A DNA stretch of 32,000 nucleotides from Candidatus Nanopusillus acidilobi (GTDB lineage: Archaea > Nanobdellota > Nanobdellia > Nanobdellales > Nanobdellaceae). The first letter of the stretch is position 1, and each line of letters begins with the position of its first letter. A program made the translations under genes and the position numbers. Of the stretch, positions 26,496 to 32,000 are shown piece after piece. The notes beneath the pieces are model-generated. The model saw only the letters and a program-made list of their open reading frames with translations, was not told the origin of the DNA and did no database searches. The stretch is taken from the NCBI GenBank assembly GCA_001552015.1, contig CP010514.1:240001-272000 (forward strand), read 5' to 3'.

Positions 26496-27107
26496 ATGGG
26501 TCTAGATATATTATATATATTGATTGTAATATTTGATATACTAATATCTATATGGAATGCATATAATGCTGGAAAAGCTTTGGAATATATGAAATTAAAT
26601 AATATAGAGAGTGATTGGCCAAGAATGGTTGCATATTCTACATTGGTATTATCATTTGCAGGTGCAGCATATGGTAATGCATCATTATTATCAATTGTAG
26701 CATATTATTTAGGATATATTGATATATATACATTATTAGGAGTTCTTTCATTTTCATTTTTAGTATTTGGATTTTTAATAATATTGTTTGGAATTATTGT
26801 AACTGTAAATAGTATAATTGTTGCATCAAAAACAAAAAGGTTCTTTGATATATTTATTGCAATATATAATAGTATTGCTGTTATTTGGGATATATATAGT
26901 TATATAGAAGGATTTTCTACAGCATTTAATATATTAAGAAACCAATTTGGTAATGAAGAAAGAAATTCTCAAGGAGTATTTATTTTAATAATAATTGCTG
27001 CAGTATTAATTGCAGTATTTATGGTATATGGAGCATTTAAATATGGTAAAGCTTCTGTATATAAGGTAGAAAAATCATATATACAACCATCACCAATTGA
27101 AAGTTAA
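26496..27107 (+). CDS. hypothetical multi-pass membrane protein
   Basis: 203 aa with about 5-6 hydrophobic helices. I recognise no family. Confidence 0.5.
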   Translation: MGLDILYILIVIFDILISIWNAYNAGKALEYMKLNNIESDWPRMVAYSTLVLSFAGAAYGNASLLSIVAYYLGYIDIYTLLGVLSFSFLVFGFLIILFGIIVTVNSIIVASKTKRFFDIFIAIYNSIAVIWDIYSYIEGFSTAFNILRNQFGNEERNSQGVFILIIIAAVLIAVFMVYGAFKYGKASVYKVEKSYIQPSPIES

Positions 27108-27667
27108 TGAAGCATTTGCAATTTTTGGGGAAATATATAGATGATATAATAAAGGGGAATAAAAATTTAACTATAAGATTATCAAAGGCAAATTTAAGGA
27201 TTGGAGATATTTTTATTTTACATGCTGGGGGAAAAGTAATTGGAAAATTTAAGGTAAAAAATATATATACAAAAAAATTATATCAAATAACAGATGAAGA
27301 AGCAAAAAGAGATGGTTATAATAATAAAGAAGAATTAATAAATGATTTAAAAAGAATATATAAAAGATTAGATTTAAATAGAGAGGTTGCAATTATAGAA
27401 TTTGAACCTATAGAAATAATAAATAATATATCTTCTGAGGAATTTGCATGGGGTGGAAAAAAGATTGATTTAATCGAATTAGCAAAATTAATATTAAAAT
27501 ATGATGAAAAATTAAATGAAAAGGAAAGAAAACTATTAAATATTTTAATTGAAAGTGGGAGTTTAAGAAAGGCTGCAATTAAATTAGGAGGATTAAATAA
27601 AAGATATATAATTAGGAAAATATTAAAGAAGGGATTTTATAGATTAAGGGAAAAGAAAATCATATAA
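27107..27667 (+). CDS. ASCH (PUA-like) domain protein with C-terminal helix-turn-helix-like region
   Basis: The N-terminus LQFLGKYIDDIIKGNKNLTIRL...GDIFILHAGGKVIGKFKV...AIIEFEPI is ASCH-like. The C-terminus LNEKERKLLNILIESGSLRKAAIKLGGLNKRYIIRKI looks like an HTH. The start overlaps the upstream stop by 1 nt. Confidence 0.7.
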   Translation: MKHLQFLGKYIDDIIKGNKNLTIRLSKANLRIGDIFILHAGGKVIGKFKVKNIYTKKLYQITDEEAKRDGYNNKEELINDLKRIYKRLDLNREVAIIEFEPIEIINNISSEEFAWGGKKIDLIELAKLILKYDEKLNEKERKLLNILIESGSLRKAAIKLGGLNKRYIIRKILKKGFYRLREKKII

Positions 27668-29042
27668 TATTTTCTTGTCTTAAATTTATTTTTAAATTTT
27701 TAATAAATTCTTCATAATTATTTATATCTAATAAAAAACCTCCAAAGTTATCAAAACTAGAATAATAAATTAAATTATTATCAAACATCTTTTTCAATAT
27801 ATTATTTATTAATTTTTTATTTTCATCTTTATTTGTTCTAATTATCCCTCTATAAAAATTATTTACTTTATATAATAAAGCAATAACCCTCCCATTTATT
27901 ATATTTTCTTTAATTAAAAGATTTAATAATAGAGATAAGAAATAGCCATTTCCATAATTTTTTTCAATTTTTATTATCTTTAATCCATTTTCATCTTTTA
28001 TTTGTATATTATTATTTATTATATCATATAATAATTTTGAAAATTGTAATCTCAAATTATTTTCAGATTCTCTTAAAATATCAATATTATATTTTTTAAA
28101 GAAATATAATATCCCTTCTCTTTTATTATTCTCAATTAATCCTTCAATATCATATAATAATTCTAATAAATCTCCAATCTCTTCATTTTTATTAATATTA
28201 TATATTTCACTTATTAGATCATCTGTTCTTTGTAAATTATATTTTAACTTTAATTTTATTATACTGCTAACTAATTTTTTAATATCTTCTTCAGATAAAT
28301 CTTTGTAAAATATGCCTGCAATTCCTTTATCCTTTGTATTTAATTCTTTTACTAATTCTAAAGCTTTTTCATCACTTCCAGAAATGTTTGGAATATAGAA
28401 ATTAAATGGAGAGCTTAATACTTTATATAAAGGTTTTGTAAATATACCTGGAATATTTATTCCAGTATATTTTGATAATATTTCCCTATCAATTAATTCA
28501 TTTAGTATTTCATTATTTGGTTTATCAAAATCATATAAATTTCCAACTAATGATAAATATAAAATATTTTTATCATATGGATTTAAACTTTGATATAAAT
28601 AATATAATATATTTGATGTAGATATTTCTTTATAACCATCCAAATTAAAAATATTTGGATTAAGATTTACAACATTATTTAATTCAATATCTTTTACTGT
28701 TGTAAAATGATGATCTATTATATATATCTTTTTATTTAAATCCTTATTTAACTTTATTACATCATCTGAAAATATGGATCCAGTATCTAAAAATATTATG
28801 TTATCATATTCATACCCACTTTCACCTAAAAATAAATTATTAACTTCCTTTTTACTTATATAATCTAAAAATGTTAGATGAACTTCAGAATTTTTTTCAT
28901 ATAGATATTTTAATAAAAATATTGATGAAGATAAACCATCAGGATTTAATGAAGATATAATCAAAAAATTTTGCTTATTTTCTACTGACTTATTTATTCT
29001 ATTAGATATTTCTTCTATATAAGATAAAAATCTATTGTTCAT
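27660..29042 (-). CDS. RecJ/Cdc45(GAN)-like DHH-family protein with degenerate motif I and DHHA1 motif
   Basis: Motif III IYIIDHHF, motif II IFLDTGS and motif IV LVGNLYDF are present. Motif I reads ISSLNPDG (expected D-x-D), and the C-terminal GGGH is replaced by FDNFGGF. It overlaps the rps15 gene by 4 nt. Confidence 0.7.
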   Translation of the reverse strand: MNNRFLSYIEEISNRINKSVENKQNFLIISSLNPDGLSSSIFLLKYLYEKNSEVHLTFLDYISKKEVNNLFLGESGYEYDNIIFLDTGSIFSDDVIKLNKDLNKKIYIIDHHFTTVKDIELNNVVNLNPNIFNLDGYKEISTSNILYYLYQSLNPYDKNILYLSLVGNLYDFDKPNNEILNELIDREILSKYTGINIPGIFTKPLYKVLSSPFNFYIPNISGSDEKALELVKELNTKDKGIAGIFYKDLSEEDIKKLVSSIIKLKLKYNLQRTDDLISEIYNINKNEEIGDLLELLYDIEGLIENNKREGILYFFKKYNIDILRESENNLRLQFSKLLYDIINNNIQIKDENGLKIIKIEKNYGNGYFLSLLLNLLIKENIINGRVIALLYKVNNFYRGIIRTNKDENKKLINNILKKMFDNNLIYYSSFDNFGGFLLDINNYEEFIKNLKINLRQENII

Positions 29043-29431
29043 GAATATCCATACATCTTTGCTATATCTCTACTATATTCAAATGTTTGTGGTAATTTTT
29101 TATTTCTCTTATAATATTTTATTAAACTTTTTACTCTGCTTTCTAATTCTTCTAATTTTTTCTTTGTTTTAATATCTTTTTTATGTAATTCTAAATGTTT
29201 TAGCATCATATTTATTTTTTTGAATAAATATAATAGATCTTCTGGTATTTCTTGTTTTAAATTTAAATCTTTTGTTGCATATTTTACTAACTTTTTATTT
29301 AATATTTCTTTAACCTTTATATTATATTTTTCTTTTAATTCTTTTCCAATTTGTGATGGAGTATACCCTTTATTCCATAATTCTTTTATTATATCATTAA
29401 TTTGTTCTTTTGATATTTGATTATTTTCCAT
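29039..29431 (-). CDS. rps15: 30S ribosomal protein S15 (uS15/S13e type)
   Basis: WNKGYTPSQIGKELKEKYNI...IPEDLLYLFKKINMMLKHLELHKKDIKTKKKLEELESRVKSLIKYYKRNKKLP is the archaeal S15 pattern. Confidence 0.88.
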   Translation of the reverse strand: MENNQISKEQINDIIKELWNKGYTPSQIGKELKEKYNIKVKEILNKKLVKYATKDLNLKQEIPEDLLYLFKKINMMLKHLELHKKDIKTKKKLEELESRVKSLIKYYKRNKKLPQTFEYSRDIAKMYGYS

Positions 29432-29462
29432 ACTAGTTTAAATGATAAAAATATTAAAAAAA

Positions 29463-29969
29463 TTATCTTTCATACGTACCTATAAAGTATCCATATCCAA
29501 CAATATTTTCATCTCTTGCATATCTAATAAAATCTTCAAAAAACCATCCATCTATATATAATTCTTTATTTAGAAATAATATTATTGTATAATATCTATG
29601 TTTACCATGACCTCTTGGAGGACATGGACCATCATATCCAATTTTTCCAAAATCATTTTTACCCTGAATAATTTGTACATCATCTATTTTAACAATTCTT
29701 TCTTTCTTAATTCCTGGAGGTATACTTTTTATTGGTTTATTTATATATGCAATCCAATGTCTAAATATACCACCAGGTGCATCGGGATCTTCTACAAATA
29801 ATAACATGCTTTTTGAATTGTTTGGTATCTCTTCAATTACTATTGGAAATGATATGTTTTTTCCTTCGCATGTATAATCCTTTGGTATTGCTTCTAAATC
29901 TCTAAAGGAACTTGAATATATATTTACTTTTATTGCATTGTCAGGTATTTTTATATCCAATATTTCCAT
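29463..29969 (-). CDS. PEBP (YbhB/YbcL, Raf-kinase-inhibitor-like) family protein
   Basis: Signature motifs VEDPDAP...HW and GYDGPCPPRGHGKHRYYTIILFL. Confidence 0.85.
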   Translation of the reverse strand: MEILDIKIPDNAIKVNIYSSSFRDLEAIPKDYTCEGKNISFPIVIEEIPNNSKSMLLFVEDPDAPGGIFRHWIAYINKPIKSIPPGIKKERIVKIDDVQIIQGKNDFGKIGYDGPCPPRGHGKHRYYTIILFLNKELYIDGWFFEDFIRYARDENIVGYGYFIGTYER

Positions 29970-30008
29970 AAAATATATTTATTTAAAAATTTAATATATT
30001 TATCTTTT

Positions 30009-30056
30009 ATGATGAGAATCTAAAATCTGAAAAATGATGAGTTGTCGGTCTACTGA
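30009..30056 (+). ncRNA. box C/D sRNA (2'-O-methylation guide); coordinates are C box to D box, true ends unknown
   Basis: The layout is:
- C box: ATGATGA (30009-30015)
- spacer: 11 nt, GAATCTAAAAT
- D' box: CTGA (30027-30030)
- AAA
- C' box: ATGATGA (30034-30040)
- spacer: 12 nt, GTTGTCGGTCTA
- D box: CTGA (30053-30056)
All four boxes are perfect consensus with archaeal-type spacing. Confidence 0.8.
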
Positions 30057-30065
30057 TTTATAAAA
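30057..30065 (+). promoter_or_regulatory. TATA-like element of the archease gene
   Basis: TTTATAAAA begins 30 nt upstream of the ATG at 30087, immediately after the sRNA D box. Confidence 0.4.
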
Positions 30066-30086
30066 TTATTTAAAAATATTTTTAAT

Positions 30087-30545
30087 ATGACTGTTTTGAG
30101 AGAATATGAATATGAAGATCATACTGCAGATATAAAGATTGTTGGTTACGGGAATACACCAAAGAGAGCAATTGAGGCATTAATATTGGGAATGTTTAAT
30201 ATTATATATGATAATGAGAAAGTTGAGAAAAAAGAATCGAAACAATTTATAATTGAAGGAAAAAATATATTAGAAATTATATATAATGTTGCTAAAATAT
30301 GTTTAGAGGATGTTTTTTATAAAGATAAGTTTGCTGTAAGAGATATAAGAGTAAAAAATTTAAAGAAAGTTAGAGTTGAAAGCAAGAAATATAAATGGGT
30401 ATGTAGATTTGAAGTTTATGGAGAGAAATATGATAAAGAAAAGCATGGATTTAAAAAAGAAGTTAAAGCAGTCACTTTACATGATATAAATATTACAAAA
30501 ATAATGAAAACCTATTGGAGTACAGAAATTGTTGTTGATGTCTAG
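30087..30545 (+). CDS. archease (RtcB tRNA-ligase cofactor / RNA-modification chaperone family)
   Basis: N-terminal YEYEDHTADIKIVGYG (archease F/Y-E-x-x-x-H-T-A-D motif) and C-terminal EVKAVTLHDINI. 152 aa. Confidence 0.88.
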   Translation: MTVLREYEYEDHTADIKIVGYGNTPKRAIEALILGMFNIIYDNEKVEKKESKQFIIEGKNILEIIYNVAKICLEDVFYKDKFAVRDIRVKNLKKVRVESKKYKWVCRFEVYGEKYDKEKHGFKKEVKAVTLHDINITKIMKTYWSTEIVVDV

Positions 30546-31420
30546 CTTTCTTGTTCTTTTTTAGCTTCAAAATATTTATACAATGGTATGTTTCCAATTA
30601 AATAATATAATAGATCTAATATTATTGCAATAGATAATACAAATGCAAATTCATCAACAGATGGTTCTGGTACTATAAAATATAATAAAAGTAATGTGTA
30701 TAATGCGATAATCTCCATTAGCATTCCAACTCTAAATGACATTCTTACTCTTTCAATAAATGGTTTATCTTTTTCCTTTACTATATTTGTTGATAATACT
30801 ACATTATTATCAATTGCAAATCCTAGAATCATTAACATTCCAATAAATCCATTTGCTCCTATAGGATATTTTGTTATAGATAATATTGCTAACAATCCAA
30901 TAATATCAAATAATATTGTAGATATTATATTTAGGGTAATCCTAGAAGCTCTAAATGCTATAAATATTACAAATGCTGTAAGTACTATTGCTAAAAATAC
31001 GAAAAATAAAAATTGATTAAATATAAGATTACCTACTAAAGAACTATAATGTTGTATTGATATATCTGTAGGTAGCAAACTAATATTATAATCTTGATTT
31101 AATAAATTAATTAATAATGTTTCATTTATTTGATTTCCAGATTCAATATAAATAATATTTGGTGTATTATATAATACATAATCTGTTATATTCATTTGAT
31201 TCAATGCATTTTGTATTTCTGAATTTGTTATATGATAATTATTATTTATTAATGTTACATAACCTCCAGAAATTGTAATAGATTTATTAATTATATATCC
31301 ATATTTAAAATAATTGAATAATATTATTCCAGCAAATATTACAAATATTACTATGGAAATTAATAGAAACTTCTTATAATTATTTTCTATAAATGATAAG
31401 ATCTTCATTAATAGGCTCAT
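30542..31420 (-). CDS. secF: protein-export membrane protein SecF (SecD/F family)
   Basis: 292 aa: TM1, a ~100-aa external loop, then five clustered TM helices (...FRASRITLNIISTILFDIIGLLAILS...GFIGMLMILGFAIDNNVVLSTNI...). The size fits SecF rather than SecD. Confidence 0.7.
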   Translation of the reverse strand: MSLLMKILSFIENNYKKFLLISIVIFVIFAGIILFNYFKYGYIINKSITISGGYVTLINNNYHITNSEIQNALNQMNITDYVLYNTPNIIYIESGNQINETLLINLLNQDYNISLLPTDISIQHYSSLVGNLIFNQFLFFVFLAIVLTAFVIFIAFRASRITLNIISTILFDIIGLLAILSITKYPIGANGFIGMLMILGFAIDNNVVLSTNIVKEKDKPFIERVRMSFRVGMLMEIIALYTLLLLYFIVPEPSVDEFAFVLSIAIILDLLYYLIGNIPLYKYFEAKKEQES

Positions 31421-31473
31421 TTTTTACATATTCTTAAAAAAATATATAAACTTATATTTTTCATAATAGGTAT

Positions 31474-32000
31474 ATGAGATCATTTAACTATTTAGTAGAA
31501 ATAATATTGACCGTATCTTTAATATTGGTATTCTTAACAAACTTACAATTTCCTCAAAGTCCTTCATATTATATAAATTCATTTAATAAAAAATATACAT
31601 TATATACAGCTTTAGCAAATACTTATAATAATAAATTTCTTAGTTTTTTAGAAACAAATCAATTCGATGTATTGGCTTCAATATATAATAGTATGCTATC
31701 AAATTATTTCAATAGTTATGATTTAAAACAAACGATAGATTATAGTTTAAATTTTTATAATACTTATAATTCAACATGTTATGAATTCTTATTTCCATTT
31801 CCATATCTTGGAAACAATTTATTATATTCATTAAATATAAGTGAGCAGGTTAATAACTTTTTCTTAATATATAATTCTCAAGGAAAAATATGTGGAAATA
31901 TTGCATCAAGTGATGATTGGTATGGAGTAATAATATCTAGTTATTCTAGTAATAATTTATCTATATATTTAAATTTAACAAATGTAACAAGTTTTGTTAA
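31474..32000 (+). CDS. hypothetical secreted/membrane protein, 5' part (runs off the right edge)
   Basis: ATG at 31474. My translation is MRSFNYLVEIILTVSLILVFLTNLQFPQSPSYYINSF...NLTNVTSFV, stop-free to the window end. It has an N-terminal hydrophobic helix after a short basic segment, is N/Y/S-rich, and has N-x-S/T sequons. Confidence 0.45.
   Translation, partial: MRSFNYLVEIILTVSLILVFLTNLQFPQSPSYYINSFNKKYTLYTALANTYNNKFLSFLETNQFDVLASIYNSMLSNYFNSYDLKQTIDYSLNFYNTYNSTCYEFLFPFPYLGNNLLYSLNISEQVNNFFLIYNSQGKICGNIASSDDWYGVIISSYSSNNLSIYLNLTNVTSFV

Noticed and set aside
1844-28790. Apparent excess of the palindrome GGATCC: about a dozen copies seen by eye, for example near 1844, 2462, 4015, 4875, 6992, 11014, 11153, 15279, 20070, 22370 and 28786
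   Set aside because: Nearly all copies sit in coding sequence, mostly as ..G GAT CC. (Asp-Pro after a G-ending codon) or, less often, GGA TCC (Gly-Ser). Codon and dipeptide usage is therefore a sufficient explanation. Without a codon-aware k-mer background I cannot call this a restriction-modification or uptake signal.
2341-31016. Other antisense or off-frame ORFs in the track: 2341..2727(-), 5147..5389(-), 7882..8148(+), 8914..9099(-), 10853..11131(-), 18068..18262(+), 19863..20051(+), 20320..20547(+), 21598..21834(+), 22491..22760(+), 24605..24793(+), 25423..25668(+), 29220..29420(+), 29598..29801(+), 30696..31016(+)
   Set aside because: Each lies entirely or largely inside a longer ORF on the opposite strand or in another frame that has clear family motifs. 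Their products are F/L/I/Y/N-rich low-complexity sequences, as expected from stop-poor antisense frames in AT-rich coding DNA.
31474-32000. Right-edge ORF considered as the missing SecD partner of SecF, or as a bona fide prepilin (MRS|FNYLVEII resembles bacterial G|FTLIE)
   Set aside because: It is divergent from secF rather than co-directional, and it shows no SecD periplasmic or TM motifs in the visible 175 aa. The pilin-like resemblance rests on about 6 residues with the Glu out of register, so I left it as hypothetical.
1-32000. Search for CRISPR arrays, rRNA genes, IS elements, integrases and toxin-antitoxin pairs
   Set aside because: I noticed no regularly spaced direct repeats of 24-40 nt and no long GC-rich structural-RNA block other than the four tRNAs. 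No transposase or integrase motifs appear in any ORF. The small adjacent ORFs at 22074-22708 lack recognisable toxin or antitoxin folds.

Overview
This window is very AT-rich (roughly three-quarters A+T by eye) and tightly packed. It looks like chromosomal DNA from a genome-reduced archaeon. The informational genes are archaeal: ATP-dependent DNA ligase, PCNA, an HMf-type histone, RadA, an XPD-like helicase, aIF5A, an Sm-like protein, archease, SecF, and ribosomal proteins L15e, S8e, S11 and S15. Four tRNA genes stand out as GC-rich islands. Together with the composition and tiny intergenic spacers, this suggests a thermophilic DPANN/Nanoarchaeota-like organism, which is an inference and not proven. 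Two of the tRNAs carry canonical-position introns. I saw no rRNA, CRISPR array, transposase, integrase or obvious prophage.

I did not find a clear-cut new multi-gene defence-type system. The observations most worth follow-up are:
1. An unannotated, textbook box C/D sRNA directly upstream of the archease promoter.
2. An alkyltransferase-like (ATL)/endonuclease V fusion in which catalytic residues of both halves appear substituted.
3. An endonuclease III gene split by a single frameshift.
4. A six-gene minus-strand cluster ending in a MacB-type ABC transporter with a 4-domain Ig-like surface protein.
5. A large pilin-signal surface protein bracketed by two tRNAs.
6. Two unusually long intergenic regions, one holding a four-fold repeated 10-mer.

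All functional calls come from by-eye motif recognition. No database search was run.
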